Assembly (NCBI GenBank): GCA_964016885.1
Contig: OZ024740.1
Coordinates: forward strand, 163,494,001 to 163,558,000
Source of the DNA: Eledone cirrhosa
Lineage: Eukaryota
Length of the DNA: 64,000 bases
Direction of reading: 5' to 3'
The notes below the pieces were generated by a model. That model had not been told where the DNA came from, did not search any database, and was given only the letters and a program-made list of their open reading frames with translations. Shown here one piece after another: positions 11,830 through 25,431 of this stretch (within the stretch, counting starts at the first letter, position 1; each line of letters begins with the position of its first letter). The position numbers and the translations under genes are program-made.

Positions 11830-13420
11830 TTGATAAGAAAACATAAGTAATGTCTCCATAGAACAAGATCCTAACTAGAACATGGTTGTGTATTCAATAC
11901 ATGGCTAAAAGAAAATCTGTTCCCCATATAGTAAACAAGACGATAAAAAAGCAAATAGAAAACAAAAACGAAAAATTGACGACATAATTCCGGAAGATGC
12001 TGTTCCAACACGATAAATACACACATCATCCCGGGATATAGCAAACATAAAATCGGAAATGCTACAGTTAAGGGAAAAGATCCATAAAGCAGTAAGTAAG
12101 AAATATTTGTTAAACAATATATACTCAACTCTTCATTATATACTGATATCTCTTTCACGGCAAATTAAACAGAAATATTTATACAGTAAACAGTTCAACA
12201 AAGGAAAGAGTCGCTCTAGTCACACAAGAAGACAATTTCTTAAACTCACATGCCATAAATTCTGCACAGACCAAATTTCACTCCTCAACCTCGGTATCAA
12301 CTTCTTCTTACAACCGAAAAACAAGTAATCATATTACTTTTCCACATCTTCAAAAGCCCTCACAGATAAAAAGCATTACAAACATAGACAGTAAAATTAC
12401 TCCGAGATGTAGTAAAAAAAGATATCCACTGAACAATAAACAAATACTCAACACGAAATTCATTGAAGCTCTAAATGAGTTTAAAATGTAACACCAAAAT
12501 GTGTAAAAGTGATAAAAGTAAAGAATTCCAAACTGCGGAATTTTCTCAACTACAAAATTAATTTATTAGAATTCATAGATAATGATTTCTAGTTTCGGCA
12601 CACGGCCAGTAATTTGGGGGGGGGGGGGTCGATTAAATCAACCCCTGTACGTTACTGGTGCTTCATTTTATCGACCCTGTAAGGATGAAAGGCAAAGTTA
12701 ACCTCAGTGGGATTTGAACTCAGACCGTAAAGGGCCGTAACTCTATGCTGCAAAGCATGGTGTCCGACTCTCCATCGAATCTGCCAATCCATAGCCCTGG
12801 ATTCATAAAGATAATTCCAGGCAATTATAAGTTAAAGCGCAAATGGGAGTCCTTATTGTCTTTGTACTGAAAAAGAATTTGCACCATCGCATATCTATGG
12901 AACAGTTAAAATAGACAAACTAAACAATGCTCATAAACACTATTTTCAAATAAACACACTAGTACATAACATAAGATCTCTAAATAATTAGATGATATTA
13001 ACAAACAATAGCTACCAGAGAGATATAGTATAGAGTCATGTGAAGAGTTCCTAGAAGAAACCAACAACGTACGTAACAGCTCCGTCTTAAATATAGAAAG
13101 TCTGTTTACGAACGTTCCATTGGCTGAAGCAATAGAAATCATCTTAAATCATGTACATAAACGCACAAGAATAAAATTACACTCAACAGTTCAAGATATA
13201 TTTAGTGTACCACACCAGAGAAGTACCCTTTCATTGACCATAATACAAATTATATAAACAAAAGATAGAATAGTTATGGATTCTCCTTTATAGCCTACAT
13301 TCAAGATGTACTACGCAACTACAGTAGAAAAAACGTCTTAATATAGCACAAATATACGATATACACCAGGTATGTTTATGGTATATGCGTCGTAGTAGAC
13401 ACATAGAAGTTCGAGTGGAT
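11830..13420 (+). mobile_element. Highly degenerate Penelope/Poseidon-type RT remnant, interrupted by a SINE
   Basis: Fragments ESLFTNVPLAEAIEII (13096-13143), YKQKDRIVMDSPL (cf. YxQxDGxAMGSPL) and YTRYV (cf. YxRYVDD). Confidence 0.7.
12580..12792 (-). mobile_element. Family A SINE
   Basis: TTTTATCGACCC..AGGATGAAAGGCAAAGTTAACCTC..GGATTTGAACTCAGA..CTGCCAATCCA. Confidence 0.8.
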
Positions 13421-13424
13421 ACCA

Positions 13425-13632
13425 CTTCTAGTTCAGGCACACGGAAAATTTGAGTGAAGAGCTAAGTCGATTAAATCAACCCCAGTACTAACTGGCACTT
13501 ATTTTATCGACCCCGGAATGATGAAATGCAAAGTTGACCTCGACGGGATTTGAACTTAGAATATAAAGAGCCAAAACAAATACTACAGTGGCATTTTATC
13601 TGATGCCCTACCAATTCTACAAATATACCACC
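13425..13632 (-). mobile_element. Family A SINE (older copy)
   Basis: TTTTATCGACCCCGGAATGATGAAATGCAAAGTTGACCTCGACGGGATTTGAACT. Confidence 0.75.
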
Positions 13633-14457
13633 TTTATCGATAGCACATATTAAGATTCCATAGCTATGGGTGACAGTACTGTAAATTTGGAGAGTATTCA
13701 AAAGTACCTCTACGATCAATATATTATAGAGCGGTTGAACAGTCCTCTCTGAGTTCTAGATTCTGCCCCGCCCCTCTCTCTCTATCTATCTGTCTATCTT
13801 CCTCACATTCTCTCTCTGCTGCTCTGTGAATATCTCATCCTCTCCTATTCCCGCTCTCTCTCCTCTTTCTCTTTCATTCCTCCCTCTTTCTCCTCTCTCT
13901 ATCTCTCTGACTATTTTCATCTGACGTCTTCTGAACACTCACAGACATAACTACTACTATTATAAAATATGATGTTCCAATAACTTTAAAACCCAGGAAA
14001 ATTTAATCAATGGAAATAATCTCCTAAACTAATTACATTTTTCATATTCCATAACAATTAATCGATGTAAAAAGCTTATTTCTTGGTCAAAGCACAAATT
14101 CCGAGATTTAGAAAATCGACGGAATATTCAATATTCACACCATTTCCGAGGATGGATATGGATAAAGAAAATCGCTGGAAAGAACTTTTCCGAAATTAGT
14201 CTCTTTATCTCAGTAACTGGCATATATCCATTGGGAATAAAGGAAGTAGAAAGTCGACAAGATGGAGATATGTTGTTTTGTTGAAGATAACTGCCGAATT
14301 ACTGATGAACCGTTTCCACAGCTTTCATAACGGAGGAAGAATCAGATAATAGTTGATTTAATTTCCTTCGCTTGATAATGATCCATGCGAAGTTAATGGA
14401 GATAAAGAAGTCTGTCAATCAATCAAATAATCTCTCTTTTTTCTCTCTTCCCATATG

Positions 14458-14688
<231 letters not shown>

Positions 14689-15206
14689 GAATATAAGGAA
14701 ATTCACTACAGTTTGTAACAATCCAAAGAAAAAGAACTCAGGAAAATGAAATAAATTATAATGAAAAATTTCAAGTTGATAATTCACAAACTGCTTATCT
14801 GAGTTTGACGGCTTCTCAAGCAGTAATAGAAAAGGATCAATCGATCTTATATTTATATACAAAATAAAAGCCGTTAAATATGCACGAAAACCTTTTGATT
14901 TGGTTGTCAGACGTTCGCCCGCTCAGCACTTTGAAATATTCCGATAAAAATTTAGGTTTATGACGACGAAACATTACATGCTGGATTCGTGTTAATAAAA
15001 TAATTTTTACATTTATTGTAGCGTGTATCAGTGTAGTACGACTGTGTCTTGTGTTCAACCGTATAATTGTATGAACAGTAATTTTTAGATGCAAGTCTTT
15101 AAATAACACAAAGAAATCTCCTTTGAATATAATTGTTCAATATTCATATTTCGTGTAATAATGAATCCGTCATCTCGATATAAACCACACTGTAAATTAT
15201 TGAACA

Positions 15207-15334
15207 CTTCTTCTTCTTCCCGAGAGGGCTACTGAGACAGAGTCCTCCGATACGTAGTCTATTAGAAACAATCATCTCCAAATGTGCCTGCTGGATCCCT
15301 AAGCGAGACCAGCCGAGCTCGTAGATGGTATCCA
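15207..15334 (-). mobile_element. RTE LINE 3'-end fragment with (GAA)n tail
   Basis: Translates MDTIYELGWSRLGIQQAHLEMIVSNR; similar to 31190-31315. Confidence 0.55.
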
Positions 15335-16648
15335 CAGTGCTGCCGAAGTCGGCACGTTCGTATAAATTTGGTACTATTTGCCCTTAATTTGGCATTTTTG
15401 TGCGTTTGCTATTTTGGATCATTTGCCTAGCCTTATTGCCAACTCGTGCTCTAATTAAAACATCACCAAAGTGCGCAAGAACAAAAGAAACTTGCATTTT
15501 TTCAAATGTGATCGGTCCTCATGCTTTCAATGATTTATTGTCTAAGCTAAATTCAGTAAAGTTCTCCCTTATTGTAGATGAAACAATGGATATTTCTACC
15601 AACAAGCAACCTGTTCGAGTAGCTTGAAACCTGAAAAATGTTATTGAAGGTAACCCAAAACTGACCATACCACTGGCAATGAAATTTACTAGCTTTATGC
15701 ATTGAGGCCAATATCAACAAATAAATGTAGAATGGAGGGAACTCACTCTGCAAGATGCATCTCTTAACGAGCCTAAGAAATACTGGTTTCTTGTTTCTCA
15801 AGAAAAATGTAGTGGCAAATATCGTTACTCATTACTATCTAAATTCATGTTGCAATTTCTTTCATTTCCACATTCTTCAGCAGCTGGAGAAAGAGTGTTT
15901 TCTTCAATGACATTAAAACAAAAAATTGCAATGCTTAAAAACATCAACATTAAATGCACTGCTAACATCAAAGTTTCTATTACAAAATGTTAACTGCACT
16001 AAATGGCATCGACAACAGTAGCTTTGTCTCAAACTACAAGAAAAAAACTGGTACAGTAAAAAAAGTGCGGAAGAAGACATTTCTTTTTAAGTAAATCATA
16101 TAAAGTAAACATAAAACATTTTCATTTTTTCACATTTGTGTGGTTTCATCACCATCGCCGTTTAACGTTCATTTTTCCACGCTAAGATGCGTTAGACAAG
16201 CTGTCCCGCTGTGAGACAATCAAATCAGATGACCGTGTCCTGCTCATGCAAAACTGTTCTGGCTTGGCTTCTACGACTGGATGCCCTTCCTAACGCAAAC
16301 TATATTTACAGCGTGAACTTTGCGCTTTTTACCGTGGCACTAAACGACCACTTTACAGAATGGTCTGGGCGCTTTTTCTCGTGACACCAACACAACCACT
16401 CTATAGTGTGGACAGGGGGTGGAATGGGGGAGATGCATGTATGTAGGGTGGACATTGGGGAGGTAGGTCTAGGGTTGGGCACTTAGCTGGTGAAGGACAT
16501 GGATGAAGAATGGTGTGCTAGAATGGTGGAGTGTTATGGTGTGGGGGTGTATGGAAGGAGGTAATTGGATTTGGTACATTTTTGTATATTTTGGTACTTT
16601 TTAAACAAAGTTTTTGGTACTATTGAGAAAAAGGTTTCGGCGGCCATC
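15335..16648 (+). mobile_element. Degenerate, internally deleted hAT transposon
   Basis: KFSLIVDETMDISTNKQ (first DDE Asp region) and PHSSAAGERVFSSM (hAT dimerisation region); imperfect ends CAGTGCTGCCGAA / TTCGGCGGCCATC; repeated subterminal TTTGGTAC motifs. Confidence 0.7.
16148..16415 (-). mobile_element. SINE-like insertion inside the hAT remnant
   Basis: CATCGCCGTTTAACGTTCATTTTTCCACGC...CTACGACTGGATGCCCTTCCTAACGC, an RTE-tail SINE-like pattern. Confidence 0.5.
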
Positions 16649-16649
16649 A

Positions 16650-17340
16650 TTCTCGGGATTTATTTCTAAATCTGTCCACCAATTCTTTCCTTGTACCTTT
16701 TAACCACATGTCCGTAGTACCGGATCTGTGATCTCTCGATTCTGAGTAGTAGTGGCTCTACCTAGAACGACTCCCTGATCTCCAAGCTACGCACCCTATT
16801 GAGTATCCTTGCTCCAAAGACTCTTCGAAGAAACCCCATTTCGTCTGCTTGTATTCGCAATCGTTTTCTTTCGGTCATTACCCATGACTTATAACCATAG
16901 GTAATGGTTGGCACAAATACCGAACTGAAGATAGCGAGTTTGGCTTTTACACCCATCTCAGTTCTTCTAGTGACCTGAGTGCTGAAGCTACGTATTACTT
17001 CACCAGCTCCAGCAATTCTTACGTTTAGTTCAGTTACCTACCTGCCATCAATCGTGAAAATGGTCCCGAGATACTTTAACTTCATCTGCTTCAGTGGAAC
17101 TCCACTCACATGTAGAGTGCACTGCACAGCCTTCGCTGCGAAGACAAGTGTCTCAGTCGTCGCAGCACTGATTTGTATTCCAGCTGTGCAGCTCTTGACT
17201 GCAAGCCTAAAGAATGCATATCGGAGATCACTTTCTGAGATATATTAAATAGCACATTCCTGTCTAGTGATTCTTCACCCGCCGGTTTTGTTACCACTTC
17301 CAACCAGGCTGTGCATATCAATTCTGCTCATGAAGATTAC
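16650..17340 (-). mobile_element. RTE-clade LINE RT C-terminal fragment
   Basis: KFKYLGTIF and KAKLAIFSSVFVPTITYGYKSWVMT...EMGFLRRVFG...NRVRS. Confidence 0.85.
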
Positions 17341-18473
17341 CGAATTATTGAACTCATTATGTAATATATATGTAAGTTGAGGGAAAGTGTTATGGTAAGG
17401 AGTCGCATGATTATCAATTTATAAATATCACTGGTACTTCTAAATTAAAATATTTGAAATATATTTAGAATGCTGAACAAGGGGCAGCGTCATACAATAA
17501 CGATGCACACACCAAACCAATCAAATATTTTCTTTTGATAAATTGTTTTACGATATTCATTTCAGCTGTCTCCGCTCTTTGCCACATTATGTTTGCGGCT
17601 CAAAATTGCTGGTCGTGCGCTTAAATTAGAAACCATTTTTATTATGTTGCGCGCGCACGCGTGTGTGTGTCTGTGTCTGTGTCTGTGTCTGTGTTTGCCC
17701 AGCAATCTGCGGAGATTTACATGTTTACCTGTTATATATAACTAGCCAATTGAGCTATGATTTTTTAGCTGCTTAGCTACTTGCCAATCTTATTATAAAC
17801 GTTTCTAACCAAATTTCTTTACTTCTGGCAGTAAAGCGGATTTAGTATGTTAAGGTTCTTAGTCGAAATGTTGCTAGCGCTGATGAAAATATGATTTCTG
17901 TAAGAAAAAGAAAAGATTTGTTTCTTTCACTAATAATACTTTTCGTTTTATTTAATAATGAATCTAATTTTATAGGAAACGAGTAACATTCGATGAAGTA
18001 AATCAGATATCACTGATGTGGGCGCAGTATAGCCAAATAGCTAAGACGTTTGCTTTATCAAGTCCTCTGCCTGGCACATTGGGCAGGTGTGATTTATCAT
18101 AGTTTCGGGTTGACACATACCATGAGTATGAAATTGTTTTGGAGCCCTGTTGGTTGCATTGTGTCTGTAATTGAAACGGCTGACGTTGTCACACTTTGCA
18201 TCGCACTGTGCCTGTGGAGTACTCAGCCACTTACAGGTTCATCGAACAACTGGATCACTTCTCGTCGAAATCAACAGATGCCCACTTCATATCATTGCTA
18301 TTGATTTATCTATCACCCCAACAAGGAAATCGACTAAGTGCTATATGAAATTAAAGTACTTGTATAGATGCAGTGAAACAGAATCTTTTAATGTTGGCTA
18401 ACTCTTTAGTCATTAGTCATCTCCCATTTCTGCCAGGTTAAATTAAATTTCAAGTCAACGAAGGAAGGATCTA

Positions 18474-18675
18474 TGCGGCCACTCGATATGCTAGAAATAA
18501 CAGCAAAAACTCATATCAAACATGAGCGTCTGAAATAGGAAGAACATAATACCTAATATATTCATACAAAATGCTGTTTCAATAAAAAAAAAAAGCAGGA
18601 TGGTCACGGCTGGAATATTTTTCTTTAAACATAGTATCTGCACAATCAGGAAACGATCCGTGGCTAAGCAACAAT
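18474..18675 (+). repeat. Old dispersed ~200-bp repeat (other copies ~31605-31940, 37290-37470, 37790-38000, 40045-40210)
   Basis: Shared GGTCGYTCGA..TGCTAGAAATARCAGC...GGTCAYGGCTGGAAT...GGCTAA motifs. Confidence 0.55.
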
Positions 18676-18863
18676 AACTCCCTTTAAAAATATAAATAAC
18701 TATTACATTCCGAAGCAAGAATAAAAATCAATATAAGAATCTGTCCTTTTCACCCAAAAAGAAATTAACTTAGTTATTGTGCTCTGGATTATGTTGACTG
18801 TTAAACTGTCTAACTCATGCTTCACTAACTACTTCACTGCATGCTTATAATGTAATCTCTGAC

Positions 18864-18950
<87 letters not shown>

Positions 18951-19089
18951 TGTGTGTGTGTGTGTGTGTTAATATATAACTCTACAAAGTAAACCGTCTC
19001 TAATACAGTTTATTTCATATACATATATATATACACAAATGCATACATATTGTTAGACGTATGCATATAAATACGCATACACCCCCCAC

Positions 19090-19165
<76 letters not shown>

Positions 19166-19479
19166 CCTTAATTTGCAACTTTAGTAAAGTAGTTGTCTCT
19201 TAATACGTCTCAATGAAAGGACAAGATATATCAAATAAATTAATAAATCAATGATCCACTCAGAGAAGTATTAAAAATATTAAATTTAAGCCCAAATCTC
19301 ACTTAGGTCAAATTTCAAAGTCAAATCACTTAAGTCAAATTTCAAAAACTGAAAGATGCATTTCAAGACAGTGCTGGAAGAATTGAGGTTATATCACCAG
19401 CAGGTGAATTCTTCATAAAAATAGGGAACAAATAGAAAATTTATCATACATACCAACTCACTGCTTGTACATGGTTGAT

Positions 19480-19630
19480 TGGAGCATATTGCAATTTTCA
19501 GGGAAATTTCTTGCAGCTGAGTGGGCTGGAACATCAAATAAAATGTTTATCTCAAGAACAGAGTGCGTGAATCGATTGTATGAGTTTAGGATCTTGAGCC
19601 GAACACCATAAACACTTAGCCACGCGCCTT
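19480..19630 (-). mobile_element. Degenerate CORE-type SINE (family B)
   Basis: Reverse complement begins AGGCGCGTGGCTAAGTG; similar to 23135-23249. Confidence 0.5.
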
Positions 19631-20449
19631 CAATTACATAAGTGTTAGTAACAATGAAAGGGTCGCACTAATTTGCATATTAGTACTAATTTGCATTTTT
19701 AGTGCTTATGTTGATAGATAGTTTTAGTATATGTGCGCTAAACAGCCAATTATGTAGATTAAATCCCTAAAATCGATTAAAAATGTATGTTTCGTTTTCA
19801 AACTACGTAAATTTGACATGTTTACATGACTATGCACCTAATGTATATATTTATACACATATTTCCGTGGTCTTAGGTAATACTGTACTCTATATATACA
19901 GATATGTATTTATAGTGTATTTCAGCTACTTAGTGGACAATTGTATATATACTAAAATTATCTACCAAAATAAGTACTAATAATATGCAAATTAGCACGT
20001 CCATTTCATTGTGATCACATTTGGTAGACTTTATAAGGTCATCAGTTTGGCATTCTCCCTGCGGTTGTTTGGGGAGGTATATGTGTGTGTGTAAGAAAAA
20101 GAGTAAAAGAGTATATATATTTATATAAATATGTGTGTGCTTACATATATCTCTACTTGCATATGTCTCTACTTGCATATGCATGTGCACCCTATTGTGA
20201 TAAACATTTTACAAGCCACGTTTGGCTAATCATCCGATAATCACTGCAATTGTGTCTTTGGCAACATAAATAATTGGTTTTAACTGCTGGAAAACTCTTT
20301 TTCTTCTTTTTTCTTTCTTTTCTTCTCTTGTGTTCTTTTTTATTTCCACAAAACCTATTTACCCAACAACAAATCACATTACGTTCCTCCAGTGACAGAT
20401 AACCTTTACAAGCAGCCTTGCTACCATATGGTTGTAACTCTCTCTATCT

Positions 20450-20452
<3 letters not shown>

Positions 20453-20515
<63 letters not shown>

Positions 20516-20551
20516 CACACACATACATACATATATATATGTGTGTGTGTA

Positions 20552-20599
<48 letters not shown>

Positions 20600-20651
20600 T
20601 ACATATATATACACATACATATATACACACATACATATATATGTGTATATA

Positions 20652-20740
<89 letters not shown>
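20453..20740. repeat. Compound (TG)n/(TA)n/(CA)n microsatellite
   Basis: Direct reading; the opposed (TG)n and (CA)n tracts are self-complementary. Confidence 0.95.
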
Positions 20741-20923
20741 TGTTTGACCCGAATTACTTGGTCGTTTTGTTTTGGCTGTGCGGATGATATGTTTAACCAT
20801 CATCTCAGTGTGTTTGGCCCTTAACGTATGTTGTAGCTCTGATTCATATGATTCATCGAGCGCTTGCCACACATATCGGACGTTGATTTTCGTTAATTCC
20901 TGAGCTGAAAACGATTCTCGCTA

Positions 20924-20992
<69 letters not shown>

Positions 20993-21639
20993 TTCGATTA
21001 AGGCTACGTAATGAGTCTTGTTATTCTAGAGTTTCGCCTGTTTATCAGAGGGTCACCAGGCAAGAACTCTACTTCGGTATTGAGTACTCTTTTCTCTCAA
21101 CAGTCTACAACATACGGATATATATATATATTTAAATACTTCTTTATCTTATTTACGTTTCCCAAATTCATTTTTATTATGCTCTGAATATTCCTTCATT
21201 GAACAAAATTGGTATCTGTTGGACTCCTTCATATGTATGTCTATAGTTGTGTATGTATCTATATATCTGTTAATTACTGTATCTATATATTTGTTAATTA
21301 CTCCCTCACGGTCGAGTAAAGGATTTGGCCGAATAGGGTTGCTATATTTAGCAGTCCTTATACTTACCATTGTCTTCATACCCCTCTGTAGGACGCTAAT
21401 CACGTGATAATTTTCCCGTTCGAAATTATCGCTGGTAACAGATAACTCAGTTGAATCCTTTCTTGTTTGAAAATGTTCTCTGATGAGTTGAAATTTTCGT
21501 AGCACTCAATGCTGAGTTTTGCTCAATGAAACTGCAGTGGGGATGCTCTAAGTAAATAGGTAAATATTTCTTTATCTTATTTGCGTTTCCCAAATATAAT
21601 TCATATGTTTCGGTGTTGATGTTGAACTTCTTCATGTAT

Positions 21640-22130
21640 CTTCCAGGCAGTCCTTAAAGCTCTTGTGTAGCTTGCAATAGCTCTCCATATAATATTTGTT
21701 TTGGGAGTTTGCTGTCCTCGTACTATGTGACCTGACTACCGGAGACGCTGTTTCGTGATGATGGTCTTGATATTTGGTAGTCAGGCCTGCAACAGCACAT
21801 CAGTATCCTGTGTATGAGACGTCCTTGGGGATGGAGCGCAAGCATTGTTGGCGGAAATATTTCAGACGCAGAAAATACCCATATTACGTTGGAAATAAAT
21901 ATACTTGATACACTTCAAATTTCGTGCGCACATTGATAGCTGAATGTGACTACAGGCGCTTCTCCGCCTTGTTAAAAGCATTGAAAGCCTTAGACAGCTA
22001 GTAGCTTACCTCTTCAGAGCTGTAGAGAGTACTACCCAGGTAGACGAACTTATCTACAACCTTCAATATTTCCCTGAAGGTATTCTTCCGTGTAGCTAAC
22101 AATATCATAGTTGTTTGCATAAAGAAGATC
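21640..22130 (-). mobile_element. RTE-clade LINE fragment
   Basis: Minus-strand VDKFVYLGSTL, SGHIV and KLPKQILYGEL. Confidence 0.8.
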
Positions 22131-22319
22131 ATGTATCAGTACAATATGTGTTTTTGGTGCAACAAAGAATTGCCAAATGCCTTCCGGTTGTTGAATAAAT
22201 TATACCTATGCCAATATCAGTATTGGTGAATATTTTAAACAAAACAACATAAATACATATATATATACATACAGACGTACATATATGTATGTATGTATAT
22301 ATATATATATATATGTATG

Positions 22320-22600
22320 TCAGGTCACCAGTTGGTGCTACTGGTAACATGTATCCCAGTATAACCTGTCTCATGGTCGGGTCGTTGGCGACTAAACTGG
22401 CAACGCCACCAAGGTTTCTTGGTGAGGAGGGTGACTTTGGACATCCTGCAGGACTAAAAACAAAACCTGTTAAAGGGCAAAGGAGCTCTTAATAGTCAAT
22501 GGCCATCCAAAATCACCGGGAGAGATGACCCCTTAGCCTTTGTCAAGGCAGAATTCTAGGAGAAGGAAAACTCTGATATAACACCTGCAACTCTGATGGT
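22320..22600 (+). mobile_element. Probable RTE LINE 5'-UTR fragment
   Basis: GC-richer segment with GTCGTTGGCGACTAAACTGG...GAAGGAAAACTCTGATATAAC, a pattern seen at RTE 5' ends; follows (TATG)n. Confidence 0.45.
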
Positions 22601-23134
22601 ATCCAATGATGTTGACTTGTTCTTCTTTTTGGTAAATATCATCTTGGTTAAGAGAGTGAGACTGGCTTTGTGCAGTGCCTTTGCTCACTATAAAAGCTTC
22701 ACGACACAGGCATTGCTTTATATCTGGAGATCTCTCTGCACTTGTCACATGGTACCATGGAACCAGCACTATGTGTCAATAATTGTCACAAGTGTAGTGT
22801 TTGTACCAGAGTTTTCAAGTCGCTGGCTGGACTAATAAGTCACACTCGTTCAGCGCATCGGTAGGGGTTCTGAAATTAGTCATCTTTTTCCATTTCTCCG
22901 AGGGTTCTTAACCCCACTATCAGGCTAAATAATTTCTTTAATTTCTTTAGTCAAAATACGGCGATACTTTATATTTATAATTTCAAAACTCGCTCGCTGT
23001 TTCGAAAATATCCTTACTTGATATATATATATATCTTCTTAGTCGATCGACTTTCGTCAAATCGGACCGAGGGAACAATGTTTCCGTTGGTCTTTCCAAT
23101 TGCTAATACGATCTATCGGTCGCAACTCCAGGTA

Positions 23135-23249
23135 GAAGGAGCAACGTGAAATAAAGTGTCTTGCTCAAGGACATAACGCATCGCCTGGTCCAGGAATCGA
23201 ACTCACAACCTTACGATTGCGAATCCAATTCTCTAACCACTCAGCCACA
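23135..23249 (-). mobile_element. CORE-type tRNA-derived SINE (family B)
   Basis: Reverse complement: GTGGCTGAGTGG (box A), GAGTTCGATTCC (box B), GTCCTTGAGCAAGACACTT (CORE-like). Confidence 0.8.
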
Positions 23250-23313
23250 TATATATATATATAAATCAGGAAAGAAGGTTGACATGGTTTGCTATACAAA
23301 AAAGGTTTTTAAT

Positions 23314-23430
23314 CTCATAGCTGACAATTGTTTCTCTGAACTGGTAGGTCTAGAGATCACTATTCGCTTATTTTCACGTTACTCGATCGCCAAAACAAAA
23401 TTATAACCAGTCAGATCTTCGGAGCATGCG
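23314..23430 (-). ncRNA. Hammerhead ribozyme-like motif with palindromic helix III
   Basis: GCU-CCGAAGA-UCUGA(CUGG)...(CCAGU)UCAGA-GAAA-CAAUUG-UC-AGC; GUC cleavage triplet; ACAAUUGU palindrome. Confidence 0.7.
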
Positions 23431-23836
23431 AGAATGAAGAGAATACACAGGCAAGAAAAGAATATACAGGCTACTATATGAAGTAGTAATGGCATTCAAT
23501 TAGAACAATAACAACAATTACAACAATGCTATTAATAAATTATTTGAGGAGACCCTGACATTACTTAGGTGGGGGGTATAACGTATCTAACATTACGGTG
23601 TGTAAAACTAGCTGTCATGAGGCAAAAGTAAGAGTTTGGCATGTACAGAGTATCGAAGTGTGTATCAATTTTAAATTATAAAGATAAGCCAGTGTTTACA
23701 GTCTTTCTTTTCATCTTCAACAGTATACATGAGTGGGACAACACTGTCAAAGCTAAATAGTTGTTGAGTTAATACAGAGGTTAACGAAGTAATATACGCA
23801 TATATTTACACACACACACACACACACATACACACA

Positions 23837-23931
<95 letters not shown>

Positions 23932-24781
23932 GCATGTGTACATAGACACATGCATACACATCAATATACACTCGTACAAAAATATACATACATTCAAAGA
24001 GATAAGCGTGCTATTCATTAAGTATACTATATCCTTCACAAGTCTATACCACACAATTGTCTGTAAGTACCTCATCAACCCACAAACTTATTCCTTCTCA
24101 GCTGCTGCCATCATTTGATCCTAAATCCTAGTTTTTCTCAAATCACTACTACAATGTAACTTTACCTTCCTTTTGCCATAATTACAATTAGCACACTTAT
24201 CTCAGCGATGCCTACCTCGTAACGTACCCTGGGTAGCACCACCACACAAATTTGCGGACGTCGACTCAATATAAGTCTGATTTGGTCTACAACCCTATGT
24301 GTGGTTTTAAATTCCCAAATTTTTTAATTTCCAATCTTTGATTTTCGATCTTCGATTCGTGGTGTTTAATTTGCTGCTTAGATGCCGGACCTGATGCTGG
24401 TATTAAGGTTAATGTCGCAGTTAATTTTAACTTTGCCTTCCGTGGATATATACACGCCTACAACACTAGCCGCTGGCACATTCTAATTATGCATACATTC
24501 CACGTACATTTCATATATACTGCTATGAAACACACACCCTATATATTCCATGTATACATCCACTACATGTATACCTCATATATACTATTATGAAATGGAT
24601 GTTCTACACATCCACAATATATATAACTTGTTTGTGTACACACGCAAGGTCCCCATGTGTCCACCAGCCATGAGACCTGCATCATGTGGCGACTCTTACC
24701 CAGGACCTTAGATCACCAGTCCCCATGTATATTATATAACCATATGCACCACAGCCCTCAAGTATTTTATGCAACTTTACA

Positions 24782-24824
<43 letters not shown>

Positions 24825-25158
24825 GGATGTATGTTATCTGGATGTATGTTAACTATATTATCTTACAACTTCTTTTTCAACATATATTATATACGTATTT
24901 GTGGTCACACATACACTGATATGCTTGCCCTCATATATGTACTTACGCACACATTTTTTCACTATACACATGCATTTGTACATACACACATATGTACATT
25001 TGTGAGTGATTATACACACATTTATACACATACCCTAACTATATTTCCTTATTTTTTTATATATCTCTTGCATTACTTTTATTTATATATTTTTTTGCCC
25101 GTTAAACTTTTGCCTTTCTTGAGGAGATTTTTCAAATATTTCACTGTTTTAAATTGCC

Positions 25159-25229
25159 TTGTCCGATGAACGAATGAGGACGTTTTTTGTATTCGTCTTA
25201 TTCGGGAAACCTCTTGTAATGAGGTAATT
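25159..25229 (+). ncRNA. Hammerhead ribozyme-like motif
   Basis: CCGAUGA-a-CGAAUGAGGACG...CGUCUUAUUCG-g-GAAA-CCUC uuguaau GAGG-UA; helix I degraded. Confidence 0.65.
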
Positions 25230-25328
25230 ATATTGTATTGTTTATTATACATTAAATTTAGCTCTGGTACTTACATAGATCACTCTTCACTCCTATGACT
25301 TTTTCAATTGTCAATGGAAACTTCAATA

Positions 25329-25431
<103 letters not shown>

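Noticed and set aside
14200-14412. Possible minus-strand terminal exon (FFISINFAWIIIKRRK...)
   Set aside because: Short, with a weak acceptor, no recognisable homology and no partner exon.
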